Of a stretch of 22,185 nucleotides of DNA, positions 12,484 to 21,640 are shown piece by piece. Origin of the DNA: a virus (Duplodnaviria > Heunggongvirae > Uroviricota > Caudoviricetes); the IMG/VR virus record IMGVR_UViG_3300027608_000020, one strand, 5' to 3'. The notes under the pieces are model-generated. The model searched no databases, was not told the DNA's origin, and saw only the letters and a program-made list of their open reading frames with translations. Position 1 is the first letter of the stretch, and each line of letters starts with the position of its first letter. The position numbers and the translations under genes were made by a program.

Positions 12484-15153
12484 ATGAGTTATGTAGATGC
12501 CATATGGGATCGCGACAATGACATTATCAAAGTTGTAGAGCGTGATCCAAAGAAGGGAAGGATATTTCAAGAATTTCCAGCCCGTTATGTATTTTATTAT
12601 CCTGATCAAAAGGGTAAGTACAGATCAATTTACGGCGAAAGCCTGTCCAAAGTGGTATGCAAAAGCCACAAAGAATTTCAAAAAGAACAACGTATCCACA
12701 ACAATCAACGATTGTTCGAAAGCGATATTAATCAAGTTTTTAGATCACTAGAAGAAAACTATCTAGGTAAAGATGCCCCAAAACTCAACGTAGCGTTTTG
12801 GGACATCGAGGTGGACTTTGATCCAGAACGAGGCTATGCAAGTCCAGATGATGCGTTCATGCCAATCACTGCTATCGCTGTTCACCTACAATGGTTAGAC
12901 ACATTAATATGCCTTGCTATTCCTCCCAAAACACTTACCATGGAACAGGCGAAGGAACAGGTTAAAGATTTTCCAAATACAATTCTGTTTGAAACAGAAG
13001 GAGAAATGTTAGATACATTTTTAACATTGATTGAAGATGCTGATGTGTTAAGTGGGTGGAACAGCGAAGGCTTTGATATGCCCTATACTGTAAATCGTAT
13101 TATTAAAGTGTTAAGCAAGGATGATACTCGTAGATTATGTCTATGGGATGCAATGCCTAAAAAGAGAGAGTATGAGAAGTATGGAAAAGCGGCTGTTACT
13201 TATGATCTGGTTGGTCGTGTTCATCTGGACAGTCTCGAGCTGTACCGCAAGTATACATACGAAGAACGCCATACTTACCGACTTGATGCGATTGGAGAAT
13301 TAGAAGTAGGCGAAACTAAGACACAATACGAAGGTACACTGGATCAACTGTACAATAATGACTTTAAGAAGTTTATCGAATATAACAGACAAGATACTGC
13401 ATTATTAAACAAACTAGATAAGAAATTAAGGTTTATTGATCTTGCTAATACACTGGCACATGAATGTACTGTATTGCTACAAACCACAATGGGTGCTGTA
13501 GCAGTAACTGAACAGGCTATTGTAAATGAAGCACATCATAGAGGTTTGATTGTTCCAAGTCGACCAAAGCGTGATGAGGATGCTAGTAATCAGGCCGCAG
13601 GTGCGTATGTTGCCTATCCAAAGAAAGGACTTCACGATTGGATCGGATCAATGGACATCAACAGTCTGTATCCATCTGTAATTCGTGCATTGAACATGGG
13701 GCCGGAAACTATTGTCGGTCAGCTACGCCAAACATACACTCAAGCAGAAATTGATGCTAAGATTGCTAAAGGTAATAGTTTTGCCGCGGCATGGGAAGGT
13801 AAGTTTGGTGCTAATGAATATGAGTTTGTTATGAATAAAGACAAAGCTCACGAAATTCACGTTGACTGGGAAAACGGTGATACTGATGTACTTACTGGAG
13901 CACAAATCTATGAAATGATTTTTGAAAGTAATCAGCCATGGGTACTAAGTGCTAACGGTACTATCTTTACCTATGAAAAAGAAGGTATTATTCCTGGACT
14001 ACTAAAACGCTGGTATGCTGAACGTAAAGAAATGCAGGCCAAACTAAAAGATGCAATTAAAGCGGAGAATAAAATTGAAGAAGAATATTGGGACAAGAGA
14101 CAATTGGTTAAAAAGATTAACCTTAATAGCTTATACGGTGCTATACTTAACGCTGGCTGTAGGTTTTTCGATAATCGTATTGGTCAGTCAACCACGCTTA
14201 CCGGCCGAGGCATTGCCCGCCATATGGCCGCAAAAATAAATGAAGTAGTCACAGGCGAGTATAACCATACTGGCAAGGCTATCATCTACGGTGATACTGA
14301 TTCTGCATATTTCTCGGCATACGCAACCCTTAGGAAAGAAATTGATAAAAAAGAAATTCCTTGGACAAGAGACAGTATTATTCAATTGTATGATACCGTT
14401 GCTGAAGAAGTAAACAGTACATTCCCACAGTTTATGTTAGATGCACATCACTGCCCTAAATCGCGCGGTGAAGTTATTAAGGCAGGACGTGAGATTGTAG
14501 CAGTTAAAGGCTTGTTTATTACCAAGAAGCGTTATGCTGTATTGTATTACGACAAAGAAGGTAAACGACAAGACATAGACGGAAAGCCTGGAAAGATCAA
14601 GGCCATGGGCTTGGATCTTAAGCGTAGCGATACGCCGGAATTTATGCAGAAGTTCTTAGAAGAAATTCTAACTGATGTACTTAACGGTGCCCAGGAGACA
14701 GATATTCTAGAACGCATTAGCGAGTTTCGCACTGAGTTCAAAGCTAGACCCGGTTGGGAGAAAGGTAGTCCAAAACGTGCTAACAATATTACGGACTATC
14801 AAGCTAAGGAAGCCAAGGCAGGTAGAGCAAATATGCCCGGACACGTTCGTGCTAGCATTAATTGGAATACTCTAAAACGCATGAACGGAGACAAATACTC
14901 AATGGGTATTGTTGATGGCATGAAAGTTATTGTATGTAAGGTTAAGGATAATCCTTTAGGCTATACATCAATTGCTTATCCAGTTGATGAATTACGGTTA
15001 CCTAAGTGGTTTCAGGATTTACCATTTGATCATGCAGAAATGGAAGCCACTATTATTAATAACAAACTCGAAAATCTTATTGGGGTTCTAGAGTGGGACT
15101 TGGGGTCCACTACACAAACTAACACGTTTGGTTCGCTATTCACATTTGAATAA
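12484..15153 (+). CDS. polB: Family B DNA polymerase with 3'-5' exonuclease (T4 gp43-like)
   Basis: Exo I WDIEVD, Exo II GWNSEGFDMPY, Exo III YNRQD; polymerase motifs DINSLYPS, KKINLNSLYG, YGDTDS, KKRY, KAMGLD. No intein-sized insertion. Confidence 0.97.
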   Translation: MSYVDAIWDRDNDIIKVVERDPKKGRIFQEFPARYVFYYPDQKGKYRSIYGESLSKVVCKSHKEFQKEQRIHNNQRLFESDINQVFRSLEENYLGKDAPKLNVAFWDIEVDFDPERGYASPDDAFMPITAIAVHLQWLDTLICLAIPPKTLTMEQAKEQVKDFPNTILFETEGEMLDTFLTLIEDADVLSGWNSEGFDMPYTVNRIIKVLSKDDTRRLCLWDAMPKKREYEKYGKAAVTYDLVGRVHLDSLELYRKYTYEERHTYRLDAIGELEVGETKTQYEGTLDQLYNNDFKKFIEYNRQDTALLNKLDKKLRFIDLANTLAHECTVLLQTTMGAVAVTEQAIVNEAHHRGLIVPSRPKRDEDASNQAAGAYVAYPKKGLHDWIGSMDINSLYPSVIRALNMGPETIVGQLRQTYTQAEIDAKIAKGNSFAAAWEGKFGANEYEFVMNKDKAHEIHVDWENGDTDVLTGAQIYEMIFESNQPWVLSANGTIFTYEKEGIIPGLLKRWYAERKEMQAKLKDAIKAENKIEEEYWDKRQLVKKINLNSLYGAILNAGCRFFDNRIGQSTTLTGRGIARHMAAKINEVVTGEYNHTGKAIIYGDTDSAYFSAYATLRKEIDKKEIPWTRDSIIQLYDTVAEEVNSTFPQFMLDAHHCPKSRGEVIKAGREIVAVKGLFITKKRYAVLYYDKEGKRQDIDGKPGKIKAMGLDLKRSDTPEFMQKFLEEILTDVLNGAQETDILERISEFRTEFKARPGWEKGSPKRANNITDYQAKEAKAGRANMPGHVRASINWNTLKRMNGDKYSMGIVDGMKVIVCKVKDNPLGYTSIAYPVDELRLPKWFQDLPFDHAEMEATIINNKLENLIGVLEWDLGSTTQTNTFGSLFTFE

Positions 15154-15160
15154 AATATAT

Positions 15161-15189
15161 TTGACATTGTTCAAAATTCTAAATAAACT
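15161..15189 (+). promoter_or_regulatory. Sigma70-type promoter TTGACA-N17-TAAACT
   Basis: -35 at 15161-15166, -10 at 15184-15189; RBS AAGGA before ATG 15208; TAAATA embedded at 15180-15185. Confidence 0.7.
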
Positions 15190-15207
15190 ATACAAAAGGA
15201 AATTAAC

Positions 15208-15942
15208 ATGAAAGACATTCTTCAAGACATCGTAGGACATACACATAACCTGGGGTTCCTCAACGTTGTAAAAATTACAGGTGACGATAAGAAAACACTT
15301 ATTGATTCTATGGCAGATGACCGTTCGGTTATTATGACTGCCGAAACAGCAGACCCGCATCCAGATATGATTGGTGTGTTTGGCATGCCGCAATTGAATA
15401 AACTAAAGTTCTTGTTAGATTGCCCAGAATATAAAGAAAACGCATCTATTGCAACTATCACCGCGGATCGAAACGGTGAAACATTGCCAGTAGGTTTGCA
15501 TTTTGAAAATGCAACAAAGGATTTTAAAAACGATTATCGTTTTATGAGTACTGACATTATTAACGAAAAACTTAAGACTATGAAGTTTAAAGGCGTTAAG
15601 TGGGATGTAACTGTTAGCCCAAGTGTTCAATCAATACAGCGGTTTAATTTTCAGGCAAGTGCAAATAGTGAACACACTACATTCCTTGCCAAAACTGAAG
15701 GCGGTAATTTAAAGTTTATCTTTGGTGACCAATCAACACACGGTGGTGAATTTATTTTTGCAACTAACGTAGCCGGTAGCCTAAATAAAGCATGGACATG
15801 GCCAGTTGCTAGCGTATTAAGTATTCTTAAGATTGCTGATGCTAACAATGCAACCGTTGCATTTTCAAATGAAGGTGCTATGCAAGTTATGTTAGACAGC
15901 GGTATTGCCAATTACAAATATATTATTCCAGCTAACGCATGA
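15208..15942 (+). CDS. DNA polymerase sliding clamp (gp45/PCNA-like)
   Basis: 244 aa, directly after PolB; alternating beta/alpha pattern and C-terminal YKYIIPA typical of clamps. Assigned from size, context and pattern rather than one diagnostic motif. Confidence 0.72.
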   Translation: MKDILQDIVGHTHNLGFLNVVKITGDDKKTLIDSMADDRSVIMTAETADPHPDMIGVFGMPQLNKLKFLLDCPEYKENASIATITADRNGETLPVGLHFENATKDFKNDYRFMSTDIINEKLKTMKFKGVKWDVTVSPSVQSIQRFNFQASANSEHTTFLAKTEGGNLKFIFGDQSTHGGEFIFATNVAGSLNKAWTWPVASVLSILKIADANNATVAFSNEGAMQVMLDSGIANYKYIIPANA

Positions 15943-16304
15943 TAAAAAGCCTTACACAACAGGGAATGTTTACACAGGTTAGCAACGGCTCTCCTGCTCC
16001 GACATATTATCAAACTGGACAACCTATGTCCGGTCAGGTAAGATATTGCAATAACGAATTTGAAGTTTACGACGGCTCAATTTGGCATAAGATACAAGGT
16101 TCATATGCAAGTGTAGGATTAACATCAAACGCCGAATCTGCAATAAATTGGGCATTAGGTAAAATGAACGAAGAAAAAGAACTTCAAAAATTAAGTAATG
16201 AAAACCCTGCTGTTAAGATTGCATATGAAAATATGAAACGTGCCGCTAAACAATTAGAAATAACACAAATATTAAGCAAAGAAGAATATGAATCCACCAG
16301 TTAA
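15939..16304 (+). CDS. Hypothetical protein
   Basis: 121 aa, ATGA overlap; beta-rich N-half (FEVYDGSIW), helical C-half. Confidence 0.7.
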   Translation: MIKSLTQQGMFTQVSNGSPAPTYYQTGQPMSGQVRYCNNEFEVYDGSIWHKIQGSYASVGLTSNAESAINWALGKMNEEKELQKLSNENPAVKIAYENMKRAAKQLEITQILSKEEYESTS

Positions 16305-17823
16305 CCTAACCCCATTTCAGAAAGACTACGCTGTCTATTTGCCAGCTATTAGTAGTTTCTATAGCACCTATGTTGCTAAACAGAGATTAGAGAAGTTTAT
16401 TCCAGACGATCGTGTTCCGACGGGATTTGATCGTGGTATTGAAGGAATGAATTTTCTTAATCCCGAACAAGGTTACTTTACTTACAAATATGGATTGTAT
16501 TCCGCAGGTCATGCACAGTTAGACCTAAACAAATCATTGACGCAAGAGTCAATGATTCAACAACGAGATCGTGGCAACACAATGATCTTAGGTGACTCTG
16601 GTGGATATCAAATTGGTAAAGGTGTTCTTAAGTTTGACTGGCTAGATTTTGAGGGCAAGGCCGCAAACAAGACTCGTCAAAGTATTTTAGAATGGTTAGA
16701 ACTTACTGCTGACTGGTCCATGATGCTGGACGTTCCTACTTGGGCATGTGATCACATTCATAGTCCAAAGACTGGATTAAAAACATTTGATGATTGTTTA
16801 GATAAAACAAAATTCAATAATAAGTATTTCTTAGATAATCGATTAGGTCAAACTAAATGGCTTAACGTGCTACAAGGCGGCGACTGGGATACCGCAGAAG
16901 CATGGTATCAAGGTGTAAAAGAATTTAGCGATCCCACAGGTCCGTATGCCGGTCGTGAAGCCGAAGGGTGGGCCTTTGGTGGTGCTAATATGTGTAAGAT
17001 GGATATTACTCTCAAGCGTTTAATGACACTTAGAGAAGATGGTTTGCTCGAAGGCAAAAACTGGATCCACTTTTTGGGTACAGCACAGTTAGATTGGTCA
17101 TGCTTTTTAACATCAATTCAACGTCAAATAAGGAAACACATAAATGAAGAAATTACCATCTCTTTTGATTGCGCCTCACCGTTCATTGCAACAGCCCACG
17201 GACTTGTCTACACCAATGCAGTCCACACACCAAAAAGGTGGAGCGTTATTATGGACAAAGCCTTTGACAACAAAGCTCTTGCAGGAAGCGATATTCCGTT
17301 CCCCTTCGAATCAGAGATCGGTCGCAGATTAACTGTAGGCGACATTTGTCATTACGCACCCGGAATGTTAAATAAGATTAAGAAAGAAGGAAAAACTAGT
17401 TGGGATAGTTTTGCCTATGCTCTAATGATGGGACATAATGTATATTGTCATATTGTTGCCGTACAACGTGCTCAACAGTTAATGGACATTGAATGTGCTA
17501 AACATAAGCCAGATTGGCGCATGTGGAGTTTAGAAGGCAAGAAAGAAATCGAATTAAGCGATTGGGTTCCACGAAAGATTCTTTATTTTGATAGATTTGT
17601 AGAAGAGTTGTTTAACACTAAAACAAAAGCCGAAGCATTTGAGATGATTGAACAAGCAGTTCCATTCTTAAAGAGTTTAGAAGGTTCTCGACTACAAGGT
17701 GGTCCTAAACAAAACACGTTTAACAATTTGTTTGAAGTAGAAGTAACTAAATCAGACGAAGTTGATCTCGAAGATGTTGAAGACGAAAAAATGATTAAAT
17801 TAATGAGCGACTTAGGAGTCTAA
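16288..17823 (+). CDS. dpdA: tRNA-guanine-transglycosylase-like protein, probably DpdA-type (7-deazaguanine insertion into DNA)
   Basis: TGT motifs GDSGGYQ (D at 16594), MMLDVP (D 16729), VLQGG, WAFGG, IHFLG, SFDC (D 17167); no CxCxxC zinc cluster; clustered with QueD-like and folE genes next to the polymerase. Confidence 0.78.
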   Translation: MNPPVNLTPFQKDYAVYLPAISSFYSTYVAKQRLEKFIPDDRVPTGFDRGIEGMNFLNPEQGYFTYKYGLYSAGHAQLDLNKSLTQESMIQQRDRGNTMILGDSGGYQIGKGVLKFDWLDFEGKAANKTRQSILEWLELTADWSMMLDVPTWACDHIHSPKTGLKTFDDCLDKTKFNNKYFLDNRLGQTKWLNVLQGGDWDTAEAWYQGVKEFSDPTGPYAGREAEGWAFGGANMCKMDITLKRLMTLREDGLLEGKNWIHFLGTAQLDWSCFLTSIQRQIRKHINEEITISFDCASPFIATAHGLVYTNAVHTPKRWSVIMDKAFDNKALAGSDIPFPFESEIGRRLTVGDICHYAPGMLNKIKKEGKTSWDSFAYALMMGHNVYCHIVAVQRAQQLMDIECAKHKPDWRMWSLEGKKEIELSDWVPRKILYFDRFVEELFNTKTKAEAFEMIEQAVPFLKSLEGSRLQGGPKQNTFNNLFEVEVTKSDEVDLEDVEDEKMIKLMSDLGV

Positions 17824-17829
17824 AAAAAC

Positions 17830-18354
17830 ATGACACAATTATATAGAATTACACCTGTTAATACAGGATCAATTAAAATGGTACTAAGTATCATCGAACA
17901 AAGCACAAGCAACATGATGGCTGGGGAAGATAGAGGCATGTCAATTATTACAGTATACAATACTGGATGTGCGTTCCGAAGCATGGACAAACCGGTATAC
18001 GCATCAGAGATTGATTCTTATATTGAATGTAATGCCGAACTTGGGGCACCCGAACTAACAGATCCTCGACCAGAAGAAGAATTTGAATTTAATGAATTTA
18101 TTATTAGCAGTGACGGTAATACTCATATTGCTGATGTATTTCAAGACATGTGGACTAACGGCACATCCAAAGAGGGGTACGAAGGCTTAACCAAAATGGA
18201 TTTGTTTACGTCCGATGCGTTTAGATCCGGTAGATGGAGTACTGCTAGTACAAAAATACGTATTTTGGGCCCCGTAACTATTGACATAGTGACAGGAACC
18301 ACGTATACTAATGTTATCGAAACTAACATACAGCCATTAACAGATGAAACGTGA
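17830..18354 (+). CDS. Hypothetical acidic protein
   Basis: 174-aa ORF packed between flanking genes; no recognised motif. Confidence 0.65.
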   Translation: MTQLYRITPVNTGSIKMVLSIIEQSTSNMMAGEDRGMSIITVYNTGCAFRSMDKPVYASEIDSYIECNAELGAPELTDPRPEEEFEFNEFIISSDGNTHIADVFQDMWTNGTSKEGYEGLTKMDLFTSDAFRSGRWSTASTKIRILGPVTIDIVTGTTYTNVIETNIQPLTDET

Positions 18355-18856
18355 TTACACAACAGGCGAAGCAAGCGATGTTCAGTTCTTTACAGGCGTA
18401 GAGGTTGAACATACACCGGCATTTGGAAAGATGACATTGTTTGTAACAGGCATACATCCAGTAGAAGAAATTGCTCTAAACTTAAATGGAGCAGAGCATA
18501 TTTTCTTTGGTGCAAATCATAGCTTTAATCCACGGACTTCGGAAGAATGGAAACAGTGGGAAGATATGATTTCATATTTCTTAGATAAAGATTATCTGTG
18601 TTCCCTAGATATTCCGTTGAGTGCTGTAGAAGAGTTTAATGACGGTGGATTGAATGATTACGATAACTTCATTCCGCAAATAAGAGTTCCAGTTCCATAT
18701 ATTAAATTATGGAACTATAACACGATGCTTAAGATCGATGATAAAGATTTTAAAGCAACGAACCCGGGCGTGTGGTGTCATAGCCTACACGATTTAAAAG
18801 ACCGTAGTAAGTTTACTCCATGGGATGCTTACTCTAACGATACAATCTTAAAATGA
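18344..18856 (+). CDS. Hypothetical protein within the deazaguanine cluster
   Basis: 170 aa; enzyme-like motifs EVEHTP, HIFFGANHSF, WCHSLH; function not recognised. Confidence 0.75.
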   Translation: MKRDYTTGEASDVQFFTGVEVEHTPAFGKMTLFVTGIHPVEEIALNLNGAEHIFFGANHSFNPRTSEEWKQWEDMISYFLDKDYLCSLDIPLSAVEEFNDGGLNDYDNFIPQIRVPVPYIKLWNYNTMLKIDDKDFKATNPGVWCHSLHDLKDRSKFTPWDAYSNDTILK

Positions 18857-19062
18857 AAGAAGTTATTATCAAAGACGATGCCGGGTTTCGGCTTGTTCTT
18901 AAAGCATGGAAATGTTCCGCACCTCGAGATTTAAATGCTCTTGAATTTACTCAACAAGCAAAAGATTTAAATGGTGACGTTACACTATCTTCAACATATC
19001 AATTTTTTATGACAGACGCCGAACTAGATATCCTTGCAGAAGGAATTAAAAATGTCATCTGA
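18853..19062 (+). CDS. Hypothetical protein
   Basis: 69 aa, ATGA overlap upstream, overlaps the start of the next gene. Confidence 0.6.
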   Translation: MKEVIIKDDAGFRLVLKAWKCSAPRDLNALEFTQQAKDLNGDVTLSSTYQFFMTDAELDILAEGIKNVI

Positions 19063-19453
19063 TCTATCAATGATTTGGGTAACCTTCCGTAAAGAAGGTA
19101 TTCACATGTACCCTGCCGCGGCAACTGATCCTAAGTTGGCTACAGGTGATGAATATGATGTTAGTTTCCTCGGAACTCCACATCGTCATATTTTCCATTT
19201 TAAAGTTTATATCCAGGTCTATCAAGATGACCGTGACATTGAGTTTATCCAGTTTAAGCGTTGGCTTGAAAAGTGCTACAGTGATGGTACATTAGAGCTC
19301 AACCATTGTTCCTGTGAGATGATTGCTCGTGATCTTAACGACATCATCAAAGCAAGATACCCTGGTCGTAAGACTATCATCGATGTAAGTGAAGACGGTG
19401 AGAATGGCGCCGCACTTACTTTTATTAATCACATTTCTACAATGGAATCTTAA
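19052..19453 (+). CDS. QueD-like T-fold protein (6-pyruvoyl-tetrahydropterin synthase family), LxxxHRHxF (DpdL-type) variant
   Basis: RBS AAGGA before ATG 19052; EGIH, LGTPHRHIFH (19169-19198), SCEMIA, VSEDGENGA. Confidence 0.78.
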   Translation: MSSDLSMIWVTFRKEGIHMYPAAATDPKLATGDEYDVSFLGTPHRHIFHFKVYIQVYQDDRDIEFIQFKRWLEKCYSDGTLELNHCSCEMIARDLNDIIKARYPGRKTIIDVSEDGENGAALTFINHISTMES

Positions 19454-19454
19454 A

Positions 19455-19715
19455 ATGGCAAATATCCCTGCCTACATCCAAAAAACTCTTAAAATGAAAC
19501 CAGAGGTTGAAAAAGTATTCGATGACCTCGATAAATGGCTCGACTATTGTCGTTTCAATTTAATTAACTTTAATCCTGCCGATATGTATCGTTCACGAGA
19601 GTGGCGAGACTCTGCTAGAGGTACCGGCGAGCACCGTGAGCGTAAACCGTACTTGGGCAATAAGCCACGTTGGGACAACACCGGTAGACGCAATGAGCAG
19701 AATTTTTCTCGTTGA
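19455..19715 (+). CDS. Hypothetical protein with Arg-rich C-terminus
   Basis: ATG 19455 immediately after the upstream TAA (track start 19389 overlaps the QueD-like gene); FDDLDKWLDYCRF motif. Confidence 0.7.
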   Translation: MANIPAYIQKTLKMKPEVEKVFDDLDKWLDYCRFNLINFNPADMYRSREWRDSARGTGEHRERKPYLGNKPRWDNTGRRNEQNFSR

Positions 19716-20787
19716 TTTAGAATCAGTAGAGACACGGTACACGGGGCAATGGAAGTCCCATGTACCTTCCTTACTTAAAAAGGCAGGACACAATGTCAAC
19801 ATTATATCAGGTCCTACGGACATTCCTAGTGCTACCACTCCTGGTGCATTTCTCAACTTTGGTGGAACTAATATATACAAAGCTAGTCAAGTGGAGCAGA
19901 TGGGCCGTTTATTTTGTAGCGGATCCGTTAATTCCGGCGATCATTTTGTGTTTACTGATGCTTGGCATCCAGGTATCATTAATCTAAAGTACATGAGTGA
20001 GCTATTAGGCATTCCTATCACAATTCACGGCTTGTGGCATGCTGGTAGTTATGATCCTCAAGACTTCCTAGGTCGACTAGTTGGCAATAAGCCTTGGGTA
20101 CGTAATGCAGAGAAATCATTCTTTTCAGCATTTGACCACAACTATTTTGCCACAGAGTTTCATGTTAAAATGATGTTTGATAATCTTTTACATGATTATC
20201 CAGTAGAAAATCCTTGGTATGCAGAAGATTGGTCAGAGCGTTACGACAGCGGTAAGATTGTACGCACAGGCTGGCCCATGGAGTATATGGATGCAACCCT
20301 TACTCCATACAAAGGCATGCCCAAGCGTGATCTTATCTTGTTCCCGCATCGTATCGCTCCAGAGAAACAGGTTGAAATCTTCCGCGACTTAAAAGAACAT
20401 TTGCCACAATATGAATTTATTGTTTGTCAGGATCAACAATTAACAAAGAATGAATATCACAATTTGCTAGGTGAAGCTAAGATGGTATTCAGTGCCAATC
20501 TACAAGAAACACTTGGCATCAGTTGCTACGAAGGTGCCCTCGTTGATGCAATTCCCTTAGTTCCAGATCGGTTAAGTTATACAGAAATGTATTATGATAC
20601 GTTCAAATATCCAAGTGAATGGACTGAAAGTTTTGAAACATACAAAGTTTATCGACAAGATTTGTGTCGTCTAATTATAGAACACATGGCCAATTACAAG
20701 ACTAGAATTCCACAAATACGCAAACAGGCCGACGATTTGTCTAAATATTTCTTTAGCGCAGATCGTCTATTGGAGAATATTAAATGA
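19693..20787 (+). CDS. GT-B fold glycosyltransferase (GT4-like, retaining)
   Basis: ATG 19693 preferred to GTG 19636; FTDAWHPG, HAGSYD, FPHRIAPEKQ, and EX7E motif ETLGISCYE (20506-20532). Confidence 0.82.
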   Translation: MSRIFLVDLESVETRYTGQWKSHVPSLLKKAGHNVNIISGPTDIPSATTPGAFLNFGGTNIYKASQVEQMGRLFCSGSVNSGDHFVFTDAWHPGIINLKYMSELLGIPITIHGLWHAGSYDPQDFLGRLVGNKPWVRNAEKSFFSAFDHNYFATEFHVKMMFDNLLHDYPVENPWYAEDWSERYDSGKIVRTGWPMEYMDATLTPYKGMPKRDLILFPHRIAPEKQVEIFRDLKEHLPQYEFIVCQDQQLTKNEYHNLLGEAKMVFSANLQETLGISCYEGALVDAIPLVPDRLSYTEMYYDTFKYPSEWTESFETYKVYRQDLCRLIIEHMANYKTRIPQIRKQADDLSKYFFSADRLLENIK

Positions 20788-21590
20788 TTTTTGAAAATGA
20801 GTTTCCTAAAATAGGAATTGTAGGATTAGGATTTGTTGGAAGTGCAATTCGCGACTCAATGAGTGGATTTGGTAATTTAATTTTAGTAGATCCGCCAAAA
20901 GGGTTACCCCACACATATAAAGATCTTACATCATGCGAGGCTATATTTGTATGTGTACCTAGCCCAAGTAGTGATGACGGTAGTTGCGATACGACTATTT
21001 TAGAAGACACCTTAGATAAACTTAAAGACTTTAAAGGAGTGATCATTAGTAAAACTACTGCGCCTCCTAGCGTGTATGAAAACTTATCTCAAAAATATAT
21101 CAATCTAGTACATGCACCAGAGTTTTTAACGGCAGCAAATGCTAGTAAGGATTATGCCAGTGGAACGTTTGCCATTATTGGCGGAAGTACTTCTGCTTAT
21201 ATAAGAGAAGCTGAACGCATTATAAAATGGGGACAAAGTGGTCTTAAAGACATCCGATATGCAACCACCGCTGAAGCAAGCCTGGCCAAATATGCTATCA
21301 ATTGTTTCTTGGCTACAAAAGTAGTATTCATGAACGAGTTGTATGCGTTAGCTACAGCATCAGGAATGGATTACAATCATATTACTAATCTGATTAGATT
21401 AGATAAAAGATTTGGCAAAAGCCATACGCAAGTTCCAGGTCCAGATGGCGCTTTGGGATTTGGCGGGATGTGTTTTCCAAAAGATACAGCCGCATTACTA
21501 AAGTTTGCCGAAACTCAAAACGTTGTTCTAAATGTTATTGATGCAGCCGTTAAGAAAAATACACTACTTAGGTTGACAGAACCTAAATAG
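20784..21590 (+). CDS. ugd: UDP-glucose/GDP-mannose dehydrogenase family protein lacking the C-terminal domain
   Basis: Rossmann IGIVGLGFVG, FVCVPSP, SKTTAPP, PEFL, AKYAINCFLATK (catalytic Lys-like, 21288), GFGGMCFPKD (catalytic Cys-like, 21471); only 268 aa. Confidence 0.88.
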   Translation: MIFENEFPKIGIVGLGFVGSAIRDSMSGFGNLILVDPPKGLPHTYKDLTSCEAIFVCVPSPSSDDGSCDTTILEDTLDKLKDFKGVIISKTTAPPSVYENLSQKYINLVHAPEFLTAANASKDYASGTFAIIGGSTSAYIREAERIIKWGQSGLKDIRYATTAEASLAKYAINCFLATKVVFMNELYALATASGMDYNHITNLIRLDKRFGKSHTQVPGPDGALGFGGMCFPKDTAALLKFAETQNVVLNVIDAAVKKNTLLRLTEPK

Positions 21591-21601
21591 TAATGTAAAC
21601 T
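21573..21601 (+). promoter_or_regulatory. Sigma70-type promoter TTGACA-N17-TAAACT upstream of folE
   Basis: -35 at 21573-21578 (inside the ugd 3' end), -10 at 21596-21601; same hexamers and spacing as 15161-15189. Confidence 0.65.
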
Positions 21602-21640
21602 AAACAAATGTCATCCACGACACAAACTCGGAGAATTTAA

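Noticed and set aside
12484-15153. Intein or intron in the DNA polymerase
   Set aside because: 889 aa is ordinary for the family, motifs are normally spaced, and no intein or homing-endonuclease motifs are visible.
16288-17823. Ordinary queuosine tRNA-guanine transglycosylase (tgt)
   Set aside because: It lacks the zinc-binding cluster, is much longer and lies in a phage replication cluster; a DNA-directed role is more likely, though unproven.
7296-19987. Short alternative-frame + strand ORFs (7296, 12542, 13121, 14051, 17144, 19760)
   Set aside because: Nested in longer genes with clear motifs; no RBS support or protein-like features.
943-21046. Minus-strand ORFs in the track (e.g. 943-1230, 3811-4183, 7968-8811, 10709-11172, 14188-14786, 15136-15911, 20780-21046)
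   Set aside because: All overlap well-supported + strand genes, have no recognisable motifs and look like antisense shadows.
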